Positions 1 through 8,721 of a DNA stretch of 64,000 nucleotides are shown piece after piece. The position numbers were made by a program, and so were the translations under genes. Each line of letters opens with the position of its first letter. Position 1 is the first letter of the stretch. Origin of the DNA: a virus (Duplodnaviria > Caudoviricetes). The notes under the pieces are model-generated. The model was not told where the DNA came from, searched no databases, and saw only the letters and a program-made list of their open reading frames with translations. The stretch is taken from positions 128,001 through 192,000 of the IMG/VR virus record IMGVR_UViG_3300011862_000001. The stretch is one strand, 5' to 3'.

Positions 1-67
1 AGCGGCTGCGTTAAAGAATCACGAACTGTATTTAAGTATCGATGCCATCGAATCCGTTCTTCGCTGG

Positions 68-598
68 GTGTCGTTGTGGGAAGAATCCTTAAAGGATAAC
101 ACCCAGGACTTTCCAGGCGCGGTATTACACATCAACGGCCTGGACTTTGTGTTGTGCGATCCCAGTGCCTACCAGTGTCCTGATGTCGAGACGATGGCTA
201 CAACGAGCCGCACGGAATTCCAAGCGGTGCTGGAACGGGTACGCGAAAATGTCGACCCGGGTGGTATAGGCATGGCGTGGTCCCAACACGGCCTGTCGCC
301 CTATCATCACTATACTGAATCCTGCAACAAACCGGGTTTGTTACTGACCATGCACAAAAAGCACTGTCAGCCGGTATACAATTTACACCGCAACGGGTTT
401 GATGCGGTTAAGCCGGTGTATGCCACCAGTGACCTTACGTTGGTGCGCATAGTTGAGGCATTGTTTGCGATTGCTGATACCAACACCTATCCGCAAGACG
501 GGTATAAACTGGCACTGACTCACCTTTTTGGTAACACCGAATTAGCCGCGCTGACCCGTGATCAAGTTCGCGACATCGCAGAGCGCCTGGTACCGTGA
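68..598 (+). CDS. hypothetical phage protein
   Basis: 176-aa ORF followed by a T-tract; no recognisable motif; start uncertain. Confidence 0.6.
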   Translation: MSLWEESLKDNTQDFPGAVLHINGLDFVLCDPSAYQCPDVETMATTSRTEFQAVLERVRENVDPGGIGMAWSQHGLSPYHHYTESCNKPGLLLTMHKKHCQPVYNLHRNGFDAVKPVYATSDLTLVRIVEALFAIADTNTYPQDGYKLALTHLFGNTELAALTRDQVRDIAERLVP

Positions 599-606
599 TG
601 TTTTTT

Positions 607-628
607 TACGTGGACGACAAGTGATATG
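607..628 (+). promoter_or_regulatory. TAC-N15-TRTG candidate middle/late (nvRNAP) promoter
   Basis: TAC at 607-609 and TATG at 625-628; the same spacing recurs at six other intergenic sites. Confidence 0.5.
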
Positions 629-650
629 TGCTTGCACTCCACGTAAAATG

Positions 651-671
651 AGATAGATATTATCGATGTGA
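651..671 (+). promoter_or_regulatory. phiKZ-type early (vRNAP) promoter motif
   Basis: AGATAGATATTATCGATGTGA; six intergenic copies in the window; resembles the phiKZ early TATATTAC core. Confidence 0.7.
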
Positions 672-704
672 ATTGATTGTTGGTTTTCTAATTGGGTATT
701 TTCG

Positions 705-1802
705 ATGAATCATCACAAACTGGACACGAAACCGGTAGTTGTCCCTCGACCCGTGCAGCACGGTGTCTTGACTAAAACGATGAGTTACGAAAACAATACT
801 GGGATTCCTTTATACGTTACTGAAAGCAATGGCAAGTCGTTTATCCTCGAGCCTAAAAAGCATCGTGTGATATCGCCTACCGCCATCTCTGTCTACGTGA
901 CGTATAAGGCACCCGCAGGCACAGCTAATCTGACACCGTTAGCTGAAGCGTTCTCTGATGTGGTTTTCCGCAGCATGTGTAACGAGATTCGCCAGTGTGG
1001 GGAAGCCACCTTGATGTACGTGGTGGAAGATCCGGTGCCAATTTTACGTGGGGATGCAGTTATATTGACGGAACTGGGTTTGGCGTTCTCTAATCGTCCG
1101 ATTGAGATTAACCGAGCCCCGTTAGTTAAATCACACGGTGAACGTGCGACGATGACCCTTGGGGTAGTTGTTGTACAAAGCCGTGACGATCCACGCATGT
1201 TGAGTTGGGTACGTTACTACACCAGTATGGTGGAGGTAACACCGATACGTTCGAAGTTTTACGACGCGGGCGTGTATATGGTCATGATGACAGGGGAGAC
1301 GGTAGAAGGGGGACGCTTGCTGCGTTTTGAGTTTGATGACCCACTCTCACCGTTTCGCGTATTCGAGTCCGAAGAAGATGCTCGAGAGTTTCGCTGGATG
1401 TCTGACGCTGTGCCAGAACTCCGTACGCTGAAAGAGCAGCTGGAAAATAAGATTCGCCAAGCCGAAGAGTTAATTACCGATCGCAAAGCGAATCAGGAAT
1501 ACGATCACCGACAGCGGATGAACGACCTGGCCTTTAATAAGGAAGAGGTATTGGCGTATTTCCGCGACATGGACTTATCCCTGAAGTACCGAGCAGATGA
1601 GCGTAAAGATACGTTCGAGGAACGTTCGTTGGCACGTAAAGACGTCTACGATGAACGCACCACCGTGCGTAAAGACAGCTCAGAAGTTCGGAAAGACCAA
1701 TACGATTCTCGCTCAATATTGCGTAAGGATGGGTCAGACTTTATGAAATCAATTCCTACGTATTTGGCAGCAGGTATGACATTGCTGGCGATGATGAAAT
1801 AA
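705..1802 (+). CDS. conserved jumbo-phage protein (phiKZ gp122-like) with C-terminal RKD repeats and hydrophobic tail
   Basis: Lies just upstream of the nvRNAP subunit; coiled coil plus RKDxxxERSxx repeats; hydrophobic C-terminus IPTYLAAGMTLLAMMK. Confidence 0.6.
   Translation: MNHHKLDTKPVVVPRPVQHGVLTKTMSYENNTGIPLYVTESNGKSFILEPKKHRVISPTAISVYVTYKAPAGTANLTPLAEAFSDVVFRSMCNEIRQCGEATLMYVVEDPVPILRGDAVILTELGLAFSNRPIEINRAPLVKSHGERATMTLGVVVVQSRDDPRMLSWVRYYTSMVEVTPIRSKFYDAGVYMVMMTGETVEGGRLLRFEFDDPLSPFRVFESEEDAREFRWMSDAVPELRTLKEQLENKIRQAEELITDRKANQEYDHRQRMNDLAFNKEEVLAYFRDMDLSLKYRADERKDTFEERSLARKDVYDERTTVRKDSSEVRKDQYDSRSILRKDGSDFMKSIPTYLAAGMTLLAMMK
1602..1745 (+). repeat. RKD-(x8) ~11-aa imperfect coding repeats
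   Basis: RKDTFEERSLA-RKDVYDERTTV-RKDSSEV-RKDQYDSRSIL-RKDGSDF. Confidence 0.8.
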
Positions 1803-1814
1803 TGGAGGGTCAAT

Positions 1815-3584
1815 GTGTTTGCAGATTCGATAAGACGGTTAAAACAGGAAGGCAAGATCGTACCTTTTAACCGTGCCGTGGCAGAAGGTATCGGATATAC
1901 ACAAGCAAAAGATGGAATACACGAGCGCGTCTACAGCATCCTACGTCGTGAATTGACGTATGATCCGGAAACGAACCCGCGTCTGCCAATCGGTTTGGCG
2001 GTACAACAGTTCCGCTTTATGTCGCCGTTTGAAACCTTTGTGTTTAAAGTGGCCAAAGCGGATACGCGCCAAGCCCGAGGTCGTGCCCCGATTTCTATTG
2101 CCCGCACCGATCAGTACATGATCATGGCGAACTTTAAAATCCCGGGCGAGAACCGTCTGACTCCACGACCCATCTACCTGCCGTTTATTCGCCGTGGCGG
2201 ATTAATGTACAGTTGGGGTACGTTGTACCATGTGGCACCGGTGATTCACCAACCGGGCATCTGCCGTGAGCATGGCGGTATCTTCATCAACTTTGACTTC
2301 ACCCGTAAGGTCTCGCTGAAGTTCTGTAAGAACCCCGCGAAGATTCTGGTTAACGGGAAGAAGGAGGAAATCTATCTGCCGGGTACGTCCAATTTATACG
2401 TACCAAAAACCACCCAGGGCAACGATTCCGATGAGAAGCCACTGATGTATTGGCTCTTTGGTAAATACGGCTTCAGTGAGGCTGTGAAGCGTTGTACGGG
2501 TGCTGATGTGCGCATCATCCCCGCTTACCGTATCCACGAACTGGATTTGGAAAAGGAGGTAGTGATTTCATCCGGTGAACCGCAACTGGCGAAGACCATC
2601 CAGTACGCGTTAGTCACCGACCGTCGTAACTTCCCGAACCTGGACAAGTCACGTTGGGACCAAGATGAACACATGTTGTTAGTGGTGTGTGCGGCGTTCT
2701 ATAAAGCAGCGCATTACTACGCCAGTAAACAATCGGCCCGTTCGCCACAGCGTACCACCCTGACGCCACTGTTTACTCGCATCAACGAATTTGATGAGCA
2801 GGAGGATTTGAATAACCTGGACAGTCCTGAAATCTGGAAAGAGATCTTAGGGCGCAGTATTCAGGGCACCAAACCATCTGAAGTCGATTTACTGCGCAGC
2901 ATGAACAGCCACTTTATGGAATGTGAACGCTACGTGAACAATACGTTCCGTGCCGAGCTGATGGTCAGCGATCCGAACATCGATCCTGACATGGACATGT
3001 TTGGCTTCCTGTACTACACCACCCGCTTAATGGTACGTACCCGCTTAACCAAGCAGGATGATATCCCATCCATGTACGGCAAGCGTCTGACGGTGGTGGA
3101 TTACTTGCTACTCGGTCAGAATGGCTTTACCAGCACCATCTCCAACATCCGTTGGCGATTAAGTCAGCTGGAAAACCGCAGTGCGGAGAGTTGCCACGAT
3201 ACCATTCGTGATGAGCTGAATAAGAAGATAGTGCCTAACTTGGTGTGCCGCGGTATCACCAGTAACGGAGCGATCAACTTCTTCAATGCCTCAACCGAAT
3301 CCATGGTACTGGCGGTATCGACCCATGCGATTGGCCAAACTGAAACCGACAGTAAACGGGGCAAGAAAGGGAAGACCGTTAACCTTAACGATCGTACCAA
3401 ACACGCTTCTGCGTCGCATCTGGAACTCGGTAACGTGTACTACATTCCGAAGTCCGCGCCGTTTAAGTCAAACATCCTCAATCCATACATGATGACCAAC
3501 CGTAACCTGGTCATGCTACGTAACCCGGCGCTCGATAAATACATTCGTGAAGCCGAAGCCGACATTGCACTTATCGGCCGTTAA
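1815..3584 (+). CDS. non-virion RNA polymerase beta-like subunit (phiKZ gp123-like)
   Basis: 589 aa; motifs IYLPFIRRGG..GTLYHVAPV and SHLELG..IPKSAP..LNPY recalled from the gp123 family; synteny with portal; GGAGG RBS. Confidence 0.7.
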   Translation: MFADSIRRLKQEGKIVPFNRAVAEGIGYTQAKDGIHERVYSILRRELTYDPETNPRLPIGLAVQQFRFMSPFETFVFKVAKADTRQARGRAPISIARTDQYMIMANFKIPGENRLTPRPIYLPFIRRGGLMYSWGTLYHVAPVIHQPGICREHGGIFINFDFTRKVSLKFCKNPAKILVNGKKEEIYLPGTSNLYVPKTTQGNDSDEKPLMYWLFGKYGFSEAVKRCTGADVRIIPAYRIHELDLEKEVVISSGEPQLAKTIQYALVTDRRNFPNLDKSRWDQDEHMLLVVCAAFYKAAHYYASKQSARSPQRTTLTPLFTRINEFDEQEDLNNLDSPEIWKEILGRSIQGTKPSEVDLLRSMNSHFMECERYVNNTFRAELMVSDPNIDPDMDMFGFLYYTTRLMVRTRLTKQDDIPSMYGKRLTVVDYLLLGQNGFTSTISNIRWRLSQLENRSAESCHDTIRDELNKKIVPNLVCRGITSNGAINFFNASTESMVLAVSTHAIGQTETDSKRGKKGKTVNLNDRTKHASASHLELGNVYYIPKSAPFKSNILNPYMMTNRNLVMLRNPALDKYIREAEADIALIGR

Positions 3585-3613
3585 AGAATATTAAAAAATC
3601 TAAGGAGTATCAA

Positions 3614-5191
3614 ATGCCACAAATTAAACCCGAGTTAGTTGTTAGTCTGTGTGAAGCCCGTCTCGCTACTGATCGCACATTAGCCATCATTAACGAGCAA
3701 GTGGCCAAGCTCAGACTCAGCTTAACGGATGCGTTGGACCTGGCAGTACGTTTTGGTAACGTAATGCAGCAGCGCAACACCGACGAAGAAACGCTGACCA
3801 ACGGTATCGTTGCCGCCTTTAAAGCCGGTGCGTACCGTATGTTGACCAATAGCGGCGTGGCGTTTACGAACGATAAAGAACTCCACGACCGTTTAACCAA
3901 CCTGTTTACCAGTGTGGTTACCGCCATCAAAACTGCGAGCACCGTGCAGGAAACTGCATCATTAACCGGTGGTCTGCGTTTAGGCGGATTGGGTGGTCAG
4001 GGTATCATTGCCGGTGGTTCGCTGTCTGTCGAGCCGTCTAGCAAGACGTCTGTCGATTACGACGTGGGGTTAGGTGGCGGGGTGCTTCACAGTGGTGGTT
4101 TAGCTGTCGATACCGGTGGCCTGCGGGTGGAAACGTCTCCTTTAGCGTCTATGCCCGCAGCCCCACTGATTCCTGACCCGGAACCGACTCCTGTTGCTGT
4201 GCCACAAGTAAGCTATAATCAACCGGTATACAATCCATTCGAGGAACCTAACTTGGAAACCTATGCAGAGCATGAGCTGGCTGCACCGAAACGTCGAGTT
4301 TCTTTGCCGGCAAAAGAAGCCAACGATCGCGTCACCCAGTATGCCGAGCAGAACGATTGGACGTCACCACTGGAAGATTTGGTATTGGGTTCCACCAGTA
4401 CCGTCTACTATAAAGGTGCCGACATCGCTGTACGCACGAGTCAGGTCGATCGTAAGTACCTGGTGGCGGTTAACGACGAAAGTAAAGCCCGCTTTGAGAA
4501 GTTTGCAGCGGGACACAAAGAAGCGATTGATCACCTGCTGAAATTGCCGAGCCTGAACTTCGACGAGCAAAAGCTGATTTCCACTGTGACCGGCATTATT
4601 GATGTCATGCGTCGTGATGTGGTACAGCTGTATCTCGAATCGGTCTCCGAGAACGAAGAAGTCACCGAAACCGTGGTAGCTGAAGCGGTGCGTTTTGTCA
4701 ATGCGTATCTGTCCGTACTGACCACCCACGTACACAACGGTCTGGTGCTTGCTACCAACCGTGGTACCGAAGTTGCCGGGATTAAAGGCCGTGTTGAACT
4801 CGAGCGCAAAATTGATGACCTGGTGTTCTTTGCAGACGATCTGAACAAACGTCTTATGGGTGATAACGGCTTTAGTACCGAGCCGGATTTCTTCCACGAC
4901 CTGTTCTTGACTGTCGCCATGGCACTGTCCACCTTTAACGTTTCGTTTGATGGCTCCACCATCGCCATTAGCATGAAGAATGCCGACATCCTGATTCCGG
5001 GTAGCTATCCGGCACTGGAACGTAACAATCTGATTGGCCGTCACAGCTTAGGCGCAACGGCAGATGCGCTGACGGATATGTTTGAATACCTGCGTGCCCA
5101 AGCACCAGATACCAACGTATTCCTGGTGGCACCACAGGGGCGTTATCTGTTGCTGAGCAACGGTGAGCCAACTGCGGGTATCCGCTACTAA
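3614..5191 (+). CDS. hypothetical protein with Gly/Pro-rich linker
   Basis: 525 aa; AAGGAG RBS; terminator follows. Confidence 0.8.
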   Translation: MPQIKPELVVSLCEARLATDRTLAIINEQVAKLRLSLTDALDLAVRFGNVMQQRNTDEETLTNGIVAAFKAGAYRMLTNSGVAFTNDKELHDRLTNLFTSVVTAIKTASTVQETASLTGGLRLGGLGGQGIIAGGSLSVEPSSKTSVDYDVGLGGGVLHSGGLAVDTGGLRVETSPLASMPAAPLIPDPEPTPVAVPQVSYNQPVYNPFEEPNLETYAEHELAAPKRRVSLPAKEANDRVTQYAEQNDWTSPLEDLVLGSTSTVYYKGADIAVRTSQVDRKYLVAVNDESKARFEKFAAGHKEAIDHLLKLPSLNFDEQKLISTVTGIIDVMRRDVVQLYLESVSENEEVTETVVAEAVRFVNAYLSVLTTHVHNGLVLATNRGTEVAGIKGRVELERKIDDLVFFADDLNKRLMGDNGFSTEPDFFHDLFLTVAMALSTFNVSFDGSTIAISMKNADILIPGSYPALERNNLIGRHSLGATADALTDMFEYLRAQAPDTNVFLVAPQGRYLLLSNGEPTAGIRY

Positions 5192-5196
5192 CAGAC

Positions 5197-5230
5197 AGGG
5201 AACCTTCGGGTTCCCTTTCTTTTTGTTTTT
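5197..5230 (+). terminator. intrinsic terminator
   Basis: AGGGAACC-TTCG-GGTTCCCT plus T-tract. Confidence 0.85.
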
Positions 5231-5242
5231 AAGGAGCAGGAC

Positions 5243-5509
5243 ATGTTGACGATTGATATTCTGGATCACACTGGAAAGAAATTATTTGATGTGGATGTCA
5301 ATGTCCACGGGGATAAGGTAAAACGATTCGCTGAACAGTGCGATCGCTTCAGTACCTTCAAGGTAGGGCGTAAGACGTGTGTGCGTTACAGCACCGTGAA
5401 AAAGGAACTGGATGCGCTATTAGATGAGCAGTACAGTCGCCATCTCCTCGCGAAACTCCAGAGCCTTGACCCACACTTCACGCTCATTACCCACGATTAT
5501 TATAGATAG
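5243..5509 (+). CDS. hypothetical protein
   Basis: 88 aa; AAGGAG RBS. Confidence 0.7.
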   Translation: MLTIDILDHTGKKLFDVDVNVHGDKVKRFAEQCDRFSTFKVGRKTCVRYSTVKKELDALLDEQYSRHLLAKLQSLDPHFTLITHDYYR

Positions 5510-5539
5510 TCTGTGAACGCTGCGTAATGAGGTACGTGT

Positions 5540-5842
5540 ATGGTGAGGTTGTGTGTAATAGAAATGAACCAGTGGCGTGATGTGCTGCTACGGTTCGAAC
5601 TCCCGGAGAACGACGCCACTGCCGCCTTCCTGGAACGTTTTCAACAAGTGAAGTCTTCGTTATATAGCGGTCGTCGTTTCCACGTCTATTACAACGTACG
5701 TCGTGCATTGTTACCGGCGGTGGAAGCAGCACAGTTACCTGAGCTACTAGCGTTGTTGGCGAAGTATGAAAATGATCCGTTGGCCATTGGTATCATGAAG
5801 GAAGAAAAAGAGCTGATTGGCAAAGCCGCATCAAGCGAATAA
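5540..5842 (+). CDS. hypothetical protein
   Basis: 100 aa; GAGGT upstream; ends at a bidirectional terminator. Confidence 0.65.
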   Translation: MVRLCVIEMNQWRDVLLRFELPENDATAAFLERFQQVKSSLYSGRRFHVYYNVRRALLPAVEAAQLPELLALLAKYENDPLAIGIMKEEKELIGKAASSE

Positions 5843-5896
5843 AAAAAGTATACCTCTACCCAATGGGTAGAGGTACGCTTAACTTATTTTTTTTTT
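5841..5896. terminator. bidirectional intrinsic terminator
   Basis: A-tract, TACCTCTACCC-AAT-GGGTAGAGGTA, T-tract, between convergent genes. Confidence 0.8.
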
Positions 5897-5901
5897 GTTA
5901 T

Positions 5902-8706
5902 TTACTGCGGGATGCCGTCTTCGTCTTCTTCTTTAGCGCTGCCATCGTCAGCAGCCCCAGTATCATCCCCGAGACCATCATCGTCAGTGCCAAGATCCCC
6001 AGCATCATCTCCATTGTCGCCATCGTTTCCATCCATGCCGTCATCTTGTGTTCCCAAGCCATCGTCATCCCCAGTGTCATCTCCCATACCGTCGTCACCT
6101 AAACCATCGTCGCCCATGCCATCGTCACCGCCGCCGAAGTCGTCGTCACCGCCCAGACCGTCATCACTACCACCGTTCGGGTCACCAAAATCACCACCTG
6201 AGCCATCCACAACATCAGACGCTTTGGCAATGGTTTCAATTTTACCGGAGGCACGTTTGACGAGCTGAATAATCGTCTTCGCCGCAGCCGCAGCATCATC
6301 AGAGAGCATCTTCACGTTCTCGCCGCGCTTATCATCTTCGTAGATAAGGTCGAAGAAGTCGTTTTCGATGCCTTGACGACGTAACCAGTTACGCGCATAG
6401 AAGGATTTCACCATGACTTTGATGTTGTCAACGTTCATGGTTACACCCGCATCCTGAAGCATACCGGTAACATCATCGGTCACGACGAGGTCAGCCAGTT
6501 TCTCAAAGAACTCCATACGCTTATCGAACATGTCCATCTGCGAAGAAGCCGCAGAGGTATCCGGTGGTGGCAGCGTAACCTTGATACCGTTGATATAAAG
6601 CCCCATCAGTTCCGAAGCACGTTTCACGTACTCAGACTCTGGCAGGTTGGTTTCCGTTTCCTTGATGTACTCCACGCACGCCTTAATCATCTCTGATTGC
6701 AGCTTCGGTGAAGACAGGGTAGAGGTCACTACATAACGCGTCAACGGCTTCTGGAGTATCTCCTGCTTCTTGGTAATCTGTTGGGTTACCAGCAGGGACT
6801 TCGAGAAGATTTGCGAGGCGAATTCCAGGTTATCCGGGGTCAACACTAAGTCTGGGTCAACGCCTGCGATATGACAGGTACGACGCAGCAGGTTCTCATC
6901 GATGGTGCCATCCGGCGTTTTGTATTCCGGGGTGGTATCCGATACCGAGATTTTGTGCGACGAGTAGTGCTCGTTACCTTCCACGTTAAAGGCAATCCCC
7001 GAGTTGGTGGACATGGACCAAATGTCATCCATGTTACCCCACATCGGCTGGCGACGGTTGTAGCTGTTGAGAATGTCGGATTTGATTTTCGCAACTGCTT
7101 CTTCGCCGTTCATCGCATCCGGTGACAACTGAATGTCGTACTGCATGTGACGCGCGGAGTTGAGAATCGCTGAGTTCATGGTGGCAAACAACAGCGCCAT
7201 ACGCACAGACGAGATAATAAAGGCACGTTCGGTAATGGACACACCGATACCGTCTTCATCAAAGTCGGTGGCAAAGTAGCACAGGTTCTCAGCCGGGATA
7301 TACAACACTTGCGTGTGACGTTTTGCAAGATGGCGCGTCAGCATCACACGACCAAAAGTTTCAGTCACGTTAATGTCGAGCTCTGCACCACCTAACGCAT
7401 CGCCTAAGGCAACCGCTAATTGGTTCTCGGCAATCTCACCAAAACGCGAGATAAGACGATTGGCAATGTCAGGTGTGACTTTGGCATTACCCTGACCCAT
7501 GTTAATTGCGGCACGGTTAATGGTGGAGTCAACCATCCCGTCGTTGTTCAGGTAGTTCATAAAGTTCGCATCGCCGTATAAGGACGAGCGCGCATTGATG
7601 AAGTTCCCCAATTCGTCGATAATCGTCAGGTACCCAATCGGGTTCATCACGTCATCGCCCAACACCAACGGTAAGGTGGATTCCGCTGGCAGGATACGCT
7701 CCACGTACTCCAGACGGTTCTGGTCGTCCAGCTGGGCTTTTTGCATTTCTGCATACAGCATCTGCTCAGGCGTACCACGATACGTTTCGTTAAGATCAGC
7801 AATCTTAATGTGGTTCGGCATCGACTTGTCTTGCTGCTGATGAGCATTGCTGGCATCGAACGTACCAAGGCCCGTTGGGGTCATTGGCTTTTCATATGCA
7901 GATTGTTCCATCTGGCCGTAAAACGAGCTGCTGGCGTTCTCACGCGCCACACGGCGCACGACTTCCGGCATGAGCATAACGTTACGGTTATCGGTGACGC
8001 TCAGTTGAAGCGTACCGAACCCTGAATCGGGTTTAAAAAGCTCAGTCAGGTTTAAGTCGATGGTCTGCGGACCATCCGGCTTTTGACGGATACCGAGAAT
8101 GCTCTCCAGACCCACTTTGTTTTCACCGGGCTTCGAGATTTTTCCCAGTATCCCACGCTGTGCGGTAAAGAATTCTTTACGGCGGTTATTAAAAGCATCG
8201 AGCTGTGTACCACGCAGGGCTTCTGTTGCGACTTTGGTATTAAGGCCGAACAGGTTATCAAAGCCGCTGTCAGACAGCAGCAACACTGGCGTCGCGCCTT
8301 TTGATTTTAATGCGTCGTAGATCCATTTATACAACTTGCCCGGCAACTTACGCACGTTATCGTGATAGTCGCGTTCAATTGCGGTCAGCCTTTCCTTCAA
8401 GTCTAACGGTACGTCAGTGACGCAGTCGTAGATTAAGCTGGTGTTAACCAGGTCTTTAGAAGAGAGCAGAGAGGACGTCGCAATGGTGACGATCGTTTCC
8501 AGCTCAGGCAGGGCCTGATAAATGCGCTGCGCGTTTTTAGTGGTACGAATACGCGAACTGGCAATCCCAGTCAACTCTGACCGGGTAGGCGTGGTTCCAC
8601 CTTCTTCGCGCTTTCCGCGTTCCTGTGCCCCTGCCGGGCCAGTAGATTTACGCAGAATCGCATTGATGGCAGGATCACGCGCAGTTAACTTACTAATATC
8701 GTCCAT
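5902..8706 (-). CDS. portal protein (phiKZ gp129 / SPN3US gp81-like)
   Basis: ~934 aa from the ATG at 8706 (GGAG RBS); size, opposite orientation, IYQALPELE / IGYLTIIDELGNFI / LYIPAE motifs and acidic tail fit the phiKZ-type portal. Confidence 0.7.
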   Translation of the reverse strand: MDDISKLTARDPAINAILRKSTGPAGAQERGKREEGGTTPTRSELTGIASSRIRTTKNAQRIYQALPELETIVTIATSSLLSSKDLVNTSLIYDCVTDVPLDLKERLTAIERDYHDNVRKLPGKLYKWIYDALKSKGATPVLLLSDSGFDNLFGLNTKVATEALRGTQLDAFNNRRKEFFTAQRGILGKISKPGENKVGLESILGIRQKPDGPQTIDLNLTELFKPDSGFGTLQLSVTDNRNVMLMPEVVRRVARENASSSFYGQMEQSAYEKPMTPTGLGTFDASNAHQQQDKSMPNHIKIADLNETYRGTPEQMLYAEMQKAQLDDQNRLEYVERILPAESTLPLVLGDDVMNPIGYLTIIDELGNFINARSSLYGDANFMNYLNNDGMVDSTINRAAINMGQGNAKVTPDIANRLISRFGEIAENQLAVALGDALGGAELDINVTETFGRVMLTRHLAKRHTQVLYIPAENLCYFATDFDEDGIGVSITERAFIISSVRMALLFATMNSAILNSARHMQYDIQLSPDAMNGEEAVAKIKSDILNSYNRRQPMWGNMDDIWSMSTNSGIAFNVEGNEHYSSHKISVSDTTPEYKTPDGTIDENLLRRTCHIAGVDPDLVLTPDNLEFASQIFSKSLLVTQQITKKQEILQKPLTRYVVTSTLSSPKLQSEMIKACVEYIKETETNLPESEYVKRASELMGLYINGIKVTLPPPDTSAASSQMDMFDKRMEFFEKLADLVVTDDVTGMLQDAGVTMNVDNIKVMVKSFYARNWLRRQGIENDFFDLIYEDDKRGENVKMLSDDAAAAAKTIIQLVKRASGKIETIAKASDVVDGSGGDFGDPNGGSDDGLGGDDDFGGGDDGMGDDGLGDDGMGDDTGDDDGLGTQDDGMDGNDGDNGDDAGDLGTDDDGLGDDTGAADDGSAKEEDEDGIPQ
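5905..6215 (-). repeat. Asp/Gly low-complexity (DDGxG) repeat tail of portal
   Basis: DDGLGGDDDFGGGDDGMGDDGLGDDGMGDDTGDDDGLG... Confidence 0.85.
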
Positions 8707-8721
8707 TGGGGTCTCCGAATA

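Noticed and set aside
4364-5044. 226-aa minus-strand ORF, and many similar antisense ORFs across the window
   Set aside because: Fully nested opposite well-supported genes, with no RBS or motifs; typical codon-bias shadows
5912-6268. Ser/Pro-rich plus-strand ORF and other short ORFs here
   Set aside because: Antisense shadows of the portal's Asp/Gly repeat
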